Under the pieces are notes generated by a model, which did no database searches, had not been told where the DNA came from, and was given only the letters and a program-made list of their open reading frames with translations. Below, piece after piece: positions 28,338 through 37,199 of a stretch of 54,329 nucleotides of DNA (positions are counted from its first letter, which is position 1; the number at the start of each line of letters is the position of its first letter). Position numbers and translations under genes: made by a program. The DNA is from a virus (taxonomy: Duplodnaviria > Caudoviricetes). The stretch is from IMG/VR virus record IMGVR_UViG_3300022178_003244, positions 1 to 54,329 of that record. The stretch is one strand, 5' to 3'.

Positions 28338-29246
28338 ATGAGTAAGAAGATAGTTATAATACCTACGTTTTGTGATGCACACATAATTAAGTATCAGATA
28401 CCTAATATAATTGAGACTATAAATCCGGATTATATAATCTACAATGAGGGAAGATTCCCGGCCGGTCCTGAAAGTAATACTAACGTTACTGCGGAATTTT
28501 TAAAAGAATACACTTTAGATGGGTGGCGTGGGTTTGATTTCGAAGAACTAACTCAAATAATTGAAGAGAATCAGAAAAAGTATTCAGATACTACGATTAT
28601 ACTTAATAAAATGAACTATCCAGTCGAAACCACGTCTGCTGTTGATTGTTTTACGTTAGCATGTACAAACTTTAAAGAGTTGGGAATTGATATTGAAAAA
28701 GGAGATTACATCTTTCCATATGAAGCTGATGTATTCCACCACGAATCAACAAAAGATGAAATAGAAGGGTATATGGTTCAGTTAGAGCCTGATACTGGAT
28801 TTAAAACTATTTGGTTAGATTTTATGGAAACTCAGTACTATGTTGAGAAGAAGACCACCCCACCATTAACAAATGGTGGTAGTGGTGGTAGACAACGGCG
28901 TGTGTGTGTGAGGTATGGTACAATGGAATTCCTAAAAGGGGTATTGAGTAACTTTATGACACAGCAATATCCAATGCTTTACCCAACAGAATTAGTCACA
29001 TTCCACTATCCCTGGATTAAACCAGGTAAATACAAAGAATTGCGATTTGCATTAATTAATAGAGATGAATCCTATTGGGCTCATTTTAATATGGTATTAA
29101 ATAAGATACGTGAACATGGTAACGAAACTAAAGATGATATATTATTAAGACCAAACCTACCTTTAGATAGATTATCTAGATATGTATCCTTTATAGATAT
29201 AGAACACCCAACGTGTATGTTATCTCACCAAAGCTTTATAAAATAA
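28338..29246 (+). CDS. GT-A-like glycosyltransferase
   Basis: N-terminal IVIIPT strand, EAD motif, FHY.W; operon context. Confidence 0.5.
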   Translation: MSKKIVIIPTFCDAHIIKYQIPNIIETINPDYIIYNEGRFPAGPESNTNVTAEFLKEYTLDGWRGFDFEELTQIIEENQKKYSDTTIILNKMNYPVETTSAVDCFTLACTNFKELGIDIEKGDYIFPYEADVFHHESTKDEIEGYMVQLEPDTGFKTIWLDFMETQYYVEKKTTPPLTNGGSGGRQRRVCVRYGTMEFLKGVLSNFMTQQYPMLYPTELVTFHYPWIKPGKYKELRFALINRDESYWAHFNMVLNKIREHGNETKDDILLRPNLPLDRLSRYVSFIDIEHPTCMLSHQSFIK

Positions 29247-29247
29247 T

Positions 29248-30156
29248 ATGAAAATAGCATTTTTTACTGAAATGGGATTCAATGGTAAAGTACCAAGAAC
29301 TCACCCTAATATGCGTACGGAATTTGCATGGTTTGTTTCTCTAAATGCAGACCATTATAATCTAAATGATGCACCTACCGAATATTATGATTTGGGTATT
29401 GTGATAACACCAAAGAATTCACCTGAAAAGGTGGATTTGAATCGAATCAAACAATTTTGTAAAAAAATAGGTGTGATGCAAGAAGGGCCATTTTGGTTAT
29501 TTCAAGATTATGACTTACAAAAACAGATACATTACTATAACAACTTAGTAGATTCTGATATAATATTTACTCATAACGAACAAGATAGAAAATATTATAA
29601 AGGTTTAACAAATCATTCAGATGTAAGAGTATTACAATCACTAATGATATCAGATGCAGTTGGTGAGTTACCAACGGAAGATAGAAGTGGTATTATGATT
29701 GGTGGTAATATGGTAAGTTGGTATGGTGGGTTTGATTCATTTATGTTAGCTAGCTCAGTTACCGATGAAATATACTCACCACAAATGGGTAGGAAGCAGT
29801 TAGGTGAATCTGAATTAGGAATTACACAATTACCTTACCTACAATGGAATGAGTGGATTAAAGAGTTGAATAAGAGGAAGTTAGGTATTCATATGATGAG
29901 AACCCATGCAGCTGGTACATTCGCTCTAAACTGTAGTTACTTAGAGATTCCTTGTGTGGGTTATGAAGAGTTAGATACTCAAAGAATCCTTCACCCAAAT
30001 CTATCAGTAGAGAATGGTGATTTAGAAACTGCAAGAAAATTAGTAAATAAACTATGGAATGATTTGGATTTCTACGAAGAAAATCGTATATTAACAAAAG
30101 AATTATATAATAAGCATTATACTGAGGCTGTATTTAAGAAAAACTTTAAATTATGA
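29248..30156 (+). CDS. Putative GT-B glycosyltransferase
   Basis: MKIAFF start, AAGTFALNC..L.IPCVG C-terminal donor-binding-like segment; operon context. Confidence 0.5.
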   Translation: MKIAFFTEMGFNGKVPRTHPNMRTEFAWFVSLNADHYNLNDAPTEYYDLGIVITPKNSPEKVDLNRIKQFCKKIGVMQEGPFWLFQDYDLQKQIHYYNNLVDSDIIFTHNEQDRKYYKGLTNHSDVRVLQSLMISDAVGELPTEDRSGIMIGGNMVSWYGGFDSFMLASSVTDEIYSPQMGRKQLGESELGITQLPYLQWNEWIKELNKRKLGIHMMRTHAAGTFALNCSYLEIPCVGYEELDTQRILHPNLSVENGDLETARKLVNKLWNDLDFYEENRILTKELYNKHYTEAVFKKNFKL

Positions 30157-31358
30157 TAAGTAAAAAAGATATCTCATTTATCCAACCCAGCAGAAACAAT
30201 CTGGTCTACCTAAAGTGGTCTTACAATTCAATCAGAAAGAATGGTGGGCCAGAACCAACCATATGTGTTGCTGATGATTTCAGTAACGATGGGACTTGGG
30301 AGTGGTGTGAGGATATGATGGAGAAAGACCCAAACTTCAAAGCAATTAGAAACGAAGGGCCTAAACGATTAGGACATACAATTTTATATGATGAGTTGGT
30401 AGAGATAGCAGATACACCAATTGTAGGAATATATCACGCTGATATGTATCTTTGTCCTGGTGCATTAGAATCTGTATTAGAACACATCAAACCAAAGCAC
30501 GTTGTATCACTTACTAGAATAGAACCACCACTACATCCAGATGGGCCTGAGAAGATTCTTATGGATTTCGGTATAGAACCAGAAGAGTTTGTAAAGTTAG
30601 AAGATGAACTCCTAAATCAGATTCCATCATTGAAGCAGGGTAGAACAACCGAAGGTATCTTTGCACCCTGGTTCTTATTTAAAGAAGATTTCACATCAAT
30701 CAATGGGCATGACCCATTGTTTGCACCACAATCAAAAGAGGATACTGATATCTTCAATAGATTTCATTTGAATGGATATAAGTTCGTTCAGACTTGGGAT
30801 GGGTTTGTTTATCATATGACTTGTAGAGGTAGTAGATTTGCAGATGGAGCAAAGAGAAACCCAAATGGTGAAGTGTTTATGAAAAATAGAGAAACGGATG
30901 AGTGGTTAACTCAGAACAATCGCTCAACTCGTAATTTCCTTAGAAAATGGGGACATTATTGTAAACATGATTCTTTGATGAAGCCAATCGTACCACCAAA
31001 GTATGATGTTGAATTTAATGTTGAAAATGGTAATGGTAAATTATTAGAAATATTAGAACCCTGGTGTGATAAAATCAAAATGGATTTAGATGATGATATT
31101 ATCAATAAATATATAGAAAAAGAGCAGGTAGATACTGACTTTGATTTAAGGAGTAGAATCAACGTAAATACCAATTCTGACATAGAAATACACTTTGATG
31201 GAAATAAATTAACAGAGTATTCTTATAAATTAATAACCGAATTGTCTACCATACTAGAGTCATCTGAAATTGAGGTTGGTGAGTTTGAATTTGATATATT
31301 CAGAGTAAACGTTAATAGGGTAAAAACATATGAACATCAACTAATTTATAGAAAGTAG
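30153..31358 (+). CDS. GT2 family glycosyltransferase
   Basis: ISFIQPSRNN, DDFSNDGT, HADM, EDTD, VYH. Confidence 0.85.
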   Translation: MISKKDISFIQPSRNNLVYLKWSYNSIRKNGGPEPTICVADDFSNDGTWEWCEDMMEKDPNFKAIRNEGPKRLGHTILYDELVEIADTPIVGIYHADMYLCPGALESVLEHIKPKHVVSLTRIEPPLHPDGPEKILMDFGIEPEEFVKLEDELLNQIPSLKQGRTTEGIFAPWFLFKEDFTSINGHDPLFAPQSKEDTDIFNRFHLNGYKFVQTWDGFVYHMTCRGSRFADGAKRNPNGEVFMKNRETDEWLTQNNRSTRNFLRKWGHYCKHDSLMKPIVPPKYDVEFNVENGNGKLLEILEPWCDKIKMDLDDDIINKYIEKEQVDTDFDLRSRINVNTNSDIEIHFDGNKLTEYSYKLITELSTILESSEIEVGEFEFDIFRVNVNRVKTYEHQLIYRK

Positions 31359-31372
31359 TATAATTATACACA

Positions 31373-31612
31373 ATGAGATACTATATTATAATGCCAGATG
31401 ACGATGGGAATGAAGACTATTCCACAAATATATTGGGTGAACGCTCTTTCAAAAACTTTTGGGCAGACCAGGGGTTCGAAATATTAGTTCGTTTAATCGA
31501 AAAGTATCCAGATACATTAGACACAGTAAAAATAAAAGATGAGAAATCTAAAGAATACTCAATTGAGGATTTTTTGAATATAACATCTAAACTTAATATT
31601 ATTAGAAATTAG
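31373..31612 (+). CDS. Hypothetical protein
   Basis: ORF with A-rich start context. Confidence 0.6.
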   Translation: MRYYIIMPDDDGNEDYSTNILGERSFKNFWADQGFEILVRLIEKYPDTLDTVKIKDEKSKEYSIEDFLNITSKLNIIRN

Positions 31613-31614
31613 TT

Positions 31615-31824
31615 ATGGGTAAAATACCACTAAACAAAGTCAATTTTGATGATTTTGATGATATAGAGTACTTCGAATCGATGCGTGACACTAAACAAAA
31701 AGCTAAAAATGGAAAATTTAAAGAAAACGAGAATGATGGAGACCTTCACCAACCACAATGGGTGTCTACCCGTAGGGGAGAGGGTGATAGTTATATCAGT
31801 AAACGAAGAAAAGCAAGAAGTTAA
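31615..31824 (+). CDS. Hypothetical protein
   Basis: AGTTATG start context; 3' half overlaps next ORF. Confidence 0.45.
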   Translation: MGKIPLNKVNFDDFDDIEYFESMRDTKQKAKNGKFKENENDGDLHQPQWVSTRRGEGDSYISKRRKARS

Positions 31825-31885
31825 GGTTGCAGACCCATTTGATAGAGAATGGATTGTTCCACTTTCATCGGTTAACTTAGATTAA
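31709..31885 (+). CDS. Small SH3-like hypothetical protein
   Basis: L.VGERV.V...V.V.DPF..EW.VP beta-barrel-like pattern. Confidence 0.5.
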   Translation: MENLKKTRMMETFTNHNGCLPVGERVIVISVNEEKQEVKVADPFDREWIVPLSSVNLD

Positions 31886-31888
31886 CAC

Positions 31889-31897
31889 ATATTTATA
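31889..31897 (+). promoter_or_regulatory. Candidate late promoter motif ATATTTATA upstream of putative endolysin
   Basis: Intergenic copy of recurrent motif. Confidence 0.45.
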
Positions 31898-31924
31898 TCC
31901 AAACAACAATAAAGCATATAAATT

Positions 31925-32530
31925 ATGGGTTTTACAAGAGAACAATTACAAAAAGCAGTTGAATCAAAAGAATACCGGTGGTTTGAAGGTGGTGATTACA
32001 ACTTAAACATAGTAGGTATCAGAAATTCAGATACTGAAGGTAAAGTAACTAACAAATTTGATGATTGGGTGACACTCTCATATAGTGTTAATGGTGAAAT
32101 GATGTTTCATTGTTTTGATGCAACAACAGACCCCGGCTCGCATTGGGAAAAGAACTTACTAAACAAAGATGGTGTTGCAATATTAGTACCAGGTCAGTAT
32201 AGAAGTTCTCATATGATTGGATTACATCAAGGTAAGTATGAAGCACTTAGACAGAAAAGCCCACTTAAAGTTTACAGAGACAAAGATAAAGATGGTGTAT
32301 ATGATTTCTTAGAAGAGAATATCAAAGAAGGTATATACGGAATCAACATTCATAGAGCAACTTCAAGAGAGGGTGGTAAATCAACCCAAATAGATAAATG
32401 GTCAGCAGGTTGTCAAGTAATTGCAGCAAATGCAGATTTTAAATTATTTATGGAAGTTGTAAATAAATCAGCAAAACTTTACGGAAACTCATTTACTTAT
32501 ACATTGATTGAAAGTAAAGATATTTCATAA
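31925..32530 (+). CDS. Putative endolysin (L,D-transpeptidase-like His/Cys peptidase)
   Basis: GINIHRA...WSAGCQV resembles HxxN...S.GC YkuD catalytic motif; adjacent to holin-like gene. Confidence 0.6.
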   Translation: MGFTREQLQKAVESKEYRWFEGGDYNLNIVGIRNSDTEGKVTNKFDDWVTLSYSVNGEMMFHCFDATTDPGSHWEKNLLNKDGVAILVPGQYRSSHMIGLHQGKYEALRQKSPLKVYRDKDKDGVYDFLEENIKEGIYGINIHRATSREGGKSTQIDKWSAGCQVIAANADFKLFMEVVNKSAKLYGNSFTYTLIESKDIS

Positions 32531-32646
32531 TGAAAGAATTATCTGATATATTTATAACAAAAGAGTTCAAAGAACTTCGATGGACTCAACGATTATGGAT
32601 ACGAATAAAAGTAGCATTCATAGAATTAATTCAATATGGGTTCTAA
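32530..32646 (+). CDS. 38-aa small ORF between lysin and holin (absent from ORF track)
   Basis: TAATG coupling; MKELSDIFITKEFKELRWTQRLWIRIKVAFIELIQYGF; fills the gap exactly. Confidence 0.45.
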   Translation: MKELSDIFITKEFKELRWTQRLWIRIKVAFIELIQYGF

Positions 32647-32647
32647 A

Positions 32648-33076
32648 ATGGAATTATTAAAATCAACATGGACACAGGTTATTATGTCAATTAGTACAGC
32701 GTGTGCATTTATGGGTTCATATTTTATGAATTTAACCGCAGATAACACCGAACAATATCTTGCATTAACTTCAGTAGTTCTATTAGATGGATTCTTTGGT
32801 CTTATTGCTGGGATTAAAAGAGAAGGATTCAAAACATATAAAGCAATTAAAGTTTTAAAAACACTATTTGCTTGGATATTAATATTAACAGTAATTCTTT
32901 CAGTAGAATTAGGATTTAAAGGCACATCTTGGTTATCAGAAACCATTTTGATGCCTTTTATTGTTTTCCAACTTATCTCAGCTCTTAAAAACGCCTCAAT
33001 GGCAGGTTTTATCAAAACAGAGTTACTTAATAAGATTCTTGATAAGATTGACCAACATAAAGGAGAAAGAAAATGA
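32648..33076 (+). CDS. Holin-like membrane protein (phage holin family 4-like); alternative start 32636
   Basis: Three to four hydrophobic segments, LD.F.G...G, SALKNA, charged C-terminus. Confidence 0.65.
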   Translation: MELLKSTWTQVIMSISTACAFMGSYFMNLTADNTEQYLALTSVVLLDGFFGLIAGIKREGFKTYKAIKVLKTLFAWILILTVILSVELGFKGTSWLSETILMPFIVFQLISALKNASMAGFIKTELLNKILDKIDQHKGERK

Positions 33077-33273
33077 AAACATTACTACAATATATAACAT
33101 CAACCAGAATGGTTTACTTTCTAATGTCAATGGTATTAATAGTAGGGTATCTACTTAAATCTTGGGAAGTTGTAATATTTGTTTGTTTGATGTTACAAAT
33201 CGGCCTTTGGACAGGATTCTGTCCTTCAAAATACTTTTTTGAGAAATGTGGGTTTAAGAAAACGGAGCTGTAA
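33073..33273 (+). CDS. Small two-TM membrane protein (DUF2892/YgaP-like)
   Basis: Two hydrophobic segments then TGFCP...F....G. Confidence 0.6.
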   Translation: MKTLLQYITSTRMVYFLMSMVLIVGYLLKSWEVVIFVCLMLQIGLWTGFCPSKYFFEKCGFKKTEL

Positions 33274-34194
33274 ATGAACGCTCTGGATGGAATATCTATA
33301 AATTCCAAAATATCATTAATAGTAGCTGGTGTTATTATGATGACATTCTTTTCAGTACAAACTTGTATTGTATTTGGAATATGCCCACCATCTTTATTCT
33401 TAGCAAAATTTGGATGGGGTTGTGTTGTATTTTTTATGCCTCCATTCTTTAAAGTAGTACATGAGTTTATTATAAACAAACAACAAATCAAAAACGATTT
33501 AAGTAAGAAAAATATATACTTAGAACACGCTGCAAAAATCATCAGACACGATATGCATAGTGGTATTAACACTTACATCCCTAGAGGATTGAGTTCACTT
33601 CAAAGACGATTAGATGATGAACAAAAGAAAAAACTGAGAGCGCCATTACAATTGTTAGGAGATGGTGTTAAACATGCTCAAAAAGTATATAGCGGAGTAT
33701 ATGAATTTACTAATTTAGTAAAAGAAAATGCTCAGATGTCGAAAACACCAAATAACATTAAACAAATCTTAGATGAATATTTATCACTTACTGCATATAA
33801 AAATCAGGTTCTTTTAGATGATAATTTACCTGTATCATTAGAAGTAAACGAACCACTTTTTTGTACTGCAATTGATAACTTAATTAGAAATGGATTAAAG
33901 TATAATGATTCACCAACAAAATGGGTTAAAATATATTTTGAAGGTAATTATAATAAAGGGAGCTTCATTATTATCGAAGATAATGGTAGAGGTATGACTC
34001 AGAGTGAATTTGATGAGTTATCTAAACCATATGTTCGTAAAGAAGGTCAAAAAGAGAAAGGAACGGGTCTTGGGTTAAATATTTGTAAAGCTATACTAAA
34101 AGAGCATGGCTTTGAACTTTCAATTGAAGAAATAGAAGATGACCCCGACACAGTTGAAATTGAAAGTGGAACTAAAATGAGAATAAAGATATGA
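33274..34194 (+). CDS. Membrane-anchored sensor histidine kinase
   Basis: Two N-terminal TM segments; H-box IRHDMHS; N-box NLIRNGLKYN; G1 EDNGRGM; G2 GTGLGL. Confidence 0.92.
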   Translation: MNALDGISINSKISLIVAGVIMMTFFSVQTCIVFGICPPSLFLAKFGWGCVVFFMPPFFKVVHEFIINKQQIKNDLSKKNIYLEHAAKIIRHDMHSGINTYIPRGLSSLQRRLDDEQKKKLRAPLQLLGDGVKHAQKVYSGVYEFTNLVKENAQMSKTPNNIKQILDEYLSLTAYKNQVLLDDNLPVSLEVNEPLFCTAIDNLIRNGLKYNDSPTKWVKIYFEGNYNKGSFIIIEDNGRGMTQSEFDELSKPYVRKEGQKEKGTGLGLNICKAILKEHGFELSIEEIEDDPDTVEIESGTKMRIKI

Positions 34195-34628
34195 TTGATT
34201 CGTTAATGTTAGTAGATGATGAGAATTTGTTTCATCTTGTGTTTGAAGACGCGTGTTCTCTATTAGATATTACTCTTGCATTAGAAGCATTGGATTCTTC
34301 TGATGAAGCAGATAAACTTTTTAAGAAATGGTTTACAGATGGGCCTATAGATGAAAGACCAGAGTGTGTATTTGTTGATTTAAATATAATTGGTTCTTCT
34401 TTTGATGGTATTGAACTAATCAGAAAAATAAATTATGATTATGGTAATGGAGTAGTTATCGGAATCATCTCATCTTCTCAGGATGAACAAGAAATCGAAA
34501 AGGCTAGAGCAGTTGGAGCTCAATTTTGGATTATTAAATCAGATGATATAGAACCTCGATTAGAAGAATTCAAAAAAGATTATGAAGGTTATAAAAATAG
34601 AACAGCACCTTTCAAAGTGTATAAGTAA
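34191..34628 (+). CDS. Single-domain response regulator (receiver only)
   Basis: LVDDE, phospho-acceptor FVDLN, DGIELI, ISSS, GA..WIIK. Confidence 0.92.
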   Translation: MIDSLMLVDDENLFHLVFEDACSLLDITLALEALDSSDEADKLFKKWFTDGPIDERPECVFVDLNIIGSSFDGIELIRKINYDYGNGVVIGIISSSQDEQEIEKARAVGAQFWIIKSDDIEPRLEEFKKDYEGYKNRTAPFKVYK

Positions 34629-34637
34629 TGAAGAAAG

Positions 34638-35318
34638 ATGAAAATACAAAAATCTACGAGGGATATTCTATTAGAAATTGCCAAACATAAGAGAGTTTAT
34701 GTTGAGGGTAACTTTCTAAAACTCATTGAGCCAGAAGAAGGTGATGAAGAGTTCGAAGAATATTTAAAGTTATGTAAAGAAAAAGATTCAACTTCTCGTA
34801 GAAAACGATTAGAAGTTACAAAACAAGTTCAAAAACAAAATAATGAACTTGAGAGGGCTCAAAAAGAAAACAAAAGAGTAAATAGACAATTAGAAAAAGC
34901 TCTTAACGAAGCCATAGATTCTGCAGAACAATCAAAAAAATCAAAAGAAGAAGCCGAAAAGGCAAAAGAAGAATTGGAAGTTGCATTACAACTTGCAGAA
35001 CAATCTAAAGAAGAAGCCCATAAATTAAAGGCTGAAGCAGAACACGCAAAAGAGATTGCAGAAACCGACCTCTCCTTACTACAAAAGAAAACACAAACCG
35101 AACTGATGGGTAACATCGTAAGAGTTGCTCTATGGGTTATTATGGGTGTTGGATTTGTTACAACTGGATTATATGTGTTTGTGTTATTATTAGGACATGA
35201 TAGTAAAATCATCGAATCAACCTGGTCAAATCTATTTGGTATCTTATTAACAAATTCATTCAGTATTATTGGTACTATTATGGGTGTTAAACACGCAAAT
35301 GGTGGTGATAAAAAATAA
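34638..35318 (+). CDS. Coiled-coil protein with two C-terminal TM segments
   Basis: E/K/A heptad-rich middle, hydrophobic VALWVIMGVG... and LFGILLTNSFSIIGTIMG. Confidence 0.75.
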   Translation: MKIQKSTRDILLEIAKHKRVYVEGNFLKLIEPEEGDEEFEEYLKLCKEKDSTSRRKRLEVTKQVQKQNNELERAQKENKRVNRQLEKALNEAIDSAEQSKKSKEEAEKAKEELEVALQLAEQSKEEAHKLKAEAEHAKEIAETDLSLLQKKTQTELMGNIVRVALWVIMGVGFVTTGLYVFVLLLGHDSKIIESTWSNLFGILLTNSFSIIGTIMGVKHANGGDKK

Positions 35319-35322
35319 TACT

Positions 35323-35331
35323 ATATTTATA
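35323..35331 (+). promoter_or_regulatory. Candidate late promoter motif ATATTTATA
   Basis: In 17-nt gap before probable structural genes. Confidence 0.45.
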
Positions 35332-35335
35332 TAAG

Positions 35336-35575
35336 ATGTATACGTGGAATCAATATAAGAGTTTAAACGAAAACCGAAACTTAAATGAAAATGTGGTACA
35401 AAAAAAGTATCAGATTTATTTAGGTAAATTGGAGTTAGAAGAATTTCTAAGAAATCCAATTGACGGTGGTGATGTTCAACCTACACCAACTATACCAACA
35501 GAAACCTTTTTCTTACTTCAAGAAAATGGAGATTATATATTACAAGAAAACAACGATAAAATAAGATTAGCATAA
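35336..35575 (+). CDS. Small probable virion protein
   Basis: C-terminal tandem LLQENGD/ILQENND repeat. Confidence 0.55.
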   Translation: MYTWNQYKSLNENRNLNENVVQKKYQIYLGKLELEEFLRNPIDGGDVQPTPTIPTETFFLLQENGDYILQENNDKIRLA

Positions 35576-36972
35576 TGGCAGATTTACCAATATCAGGATT
35601 ACCATCAGCATCATCATTAGATGGAACTGAACTTTTACCTTTTGTTCAAGGGGGAGTTACAACTCAAGCAACCGCACAAGACATTTTAGATGCAAATTTA
35701 CCAGTAACATCTTCAGGTATTACAGTATCAGGAGACATTATACCAACCACATCAAGGGGTGCATCTTTAGGAACTGTTACAAACCCTTTCTCATCAATAT
35801 TCGTTTCATCCGGCTCTATTTATGTAGAAAGTGACATACCAGGTTCCAAACCTGGAATCATTACAAATGTTGATAGAGATATATCTATAGATTCAGCCGG
35901 CTTTAGACTAATCAGCGGTTCAACTACCCCTTTCAGATTATTTAGAGAAGGTATTATAACAGTTCGTACCGATTATCAAGACCCGACATCTCGACCATTA
36001 TTTGAAATTATAGGTAATGTAGAAGGTTCTGCTTCTTTAGCAGTAAACCCCGGCACACTCTTACAAACAACCGCATACGATGGACAATCGAATAGAAGTA
36101 TTTTTGATTCATATGGTAGTTCATCTTTTTCACAATTAAACCTGAGAAGTGCAAATGGTTCGGTATTTAATCCAACAACAACAGGAGAAGGTGTAATAGG
36201 TAGAATTGGTTCTTCTGGTTGGTTAGATGGAATAGATTTCGGTATTCCTGGAGAAACAGCACTACCAACACGTATTGATTTCTACGGTGAAGGATATACA
36301 AGTGGTAGTAGACCAACCTCAATTAAAATGTATACCACAGATGAAGGTGAATTAGACCCTAACGGTATTGCTTCTTTAGAGTTAAATAAAGATAGATTAT
36401 ATGTTTTAGGTCAATTATCTGCATCTTTACAAGAAAACTATGTATGGTTAGGAGATTCTAATAATAGAAACATAGAAACCCCAGTCTCATCTTTAAGTAC
36501 ATATCTAACAGGTTCTTTAGTATCTAAAGCATATGGTTCATTCTTTGATACAACAACCCAATCGGGTTCAGCAGATACTGCCTATGCAGTAAAACATAAT
36601 ACTACTGATTTTGGAAGTGGAGTATCAATAGTTAGTGATACTCGTATTACAATGGCAGAGGCCGGAATATATACAATTATATCCACACACCAATACTCAC
36701 ATACATCCGGTGGTGTAGTAAATATTACTGGTTGGTTAAGAAAGAATGGAACTGATGTATCAAACTCTGCTACTGATTTAAGATTAAAAGGAAATGGAGA
36801 GGCTGAACTATATGCTATAAACTACTTCGTTTCAGCCTCTGCTGGAGATTATTACGAACTAATGTGGTCACCCGATGATTCCTCAACTCAAATTATTTAC
36901 ATAGCACCAAGAACTTCCCCAACAAGACCAGCAGTACCATCAGTAATTACAACAGTTAATAGAGTTGGATAA
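35575..36972 (+). CDS. Probable virion fibre/decoration protein with C-terminal C1q/TNF-like domain
   Basis: MADLPISGLP...GTELLPFVQGG.T N-terminus, S/G/T-rich, YGSF...G.Y.I...WLRKNG...AGDYYELMW. Confidence 0.65.
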   Translation: MADLPISGLPSASSLDGTELLPFVQGGVTTQATAQDILDANLPVTSSGITVSGDIIPTTSRGASLGTVTNPFSSIFVSSGSIYVESDIPGSKPGIITNVDRDISIDSAGFRLISGSTTPFRLFREGIITVRTDYQDPTSRPLFEIIGNVEGSASLAVNPGTLLQTTAYDGQSNRSIFDSYGSSSFSQLNLRSANGSVFNPTTTGEGVIGRIGSSGWLDGIDFGIPGETALPTRIDFYGEGYTSGSRPTSIKMYTTDEGELDPNGIASLELNKDRLYVLGQLSASLQENYVWLGDSNNRNIETPVSSLSTYLTGSLVSKAYGSFFDTTTQSGSADTAYAVKHNTTDFGSGVSIVSDTRITMAEAGIYTIISTHQYSHTSGGVVNITGWLRKNGTDVSNSATDLRLKGNGEAELYAINYFVSASAGDYYELMWSPDDSSTQIIYIAPRTSPTRPAVPSVITTVNRVG

Positions 36973-37040
36973 TAAAAAAATATAAGTTATGGTAAAAGGA
37001 AATTGGAGTCACAAAAGAAAACATTTTAATATTTATAGGT

Positions 37041-37199
37041 ATGATACGAGAATATAGTTGGAAAGATTGGATGCAAAATCCTAAAAATAAAGAATTGTAT
37101 AATTCTAATATGAATGAAGGATTGCGACAATTCAAATTAGAACAACTTAGAAGAAACAAATTAGTTCAAGTAGCTAATTTTAATCAAAAGGGTTATTAA
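37041..37199 (+). CDS. 52-aa hypothetical protein (absent from ORF track)
   Basis: ATG after ATATTTATA (37029); stop overlaps next ATG (TAATG). Confidence 0.55.
   Translation: MIREYSWKDWMQNPKNKELYNSNMNEGLRQFKLEQLRRNKLVQVANFNQKGY

Noticed and set aside
17781-31358. Bacterial chromosomal O-antigen/capsule locus (contamination or prophage flank)
   Set aside because: Same strand, promoter type and apparent GATC avoidance as flanking phage genes; no wzx/wzy/ABC export genes
6507-33158. Nested + strand alternate-frame ORFs (6507, 17065, 27103, 32961)
   Set aside because: Inside or largely overlapping recognised genes, no motifs, sizes expected by chance
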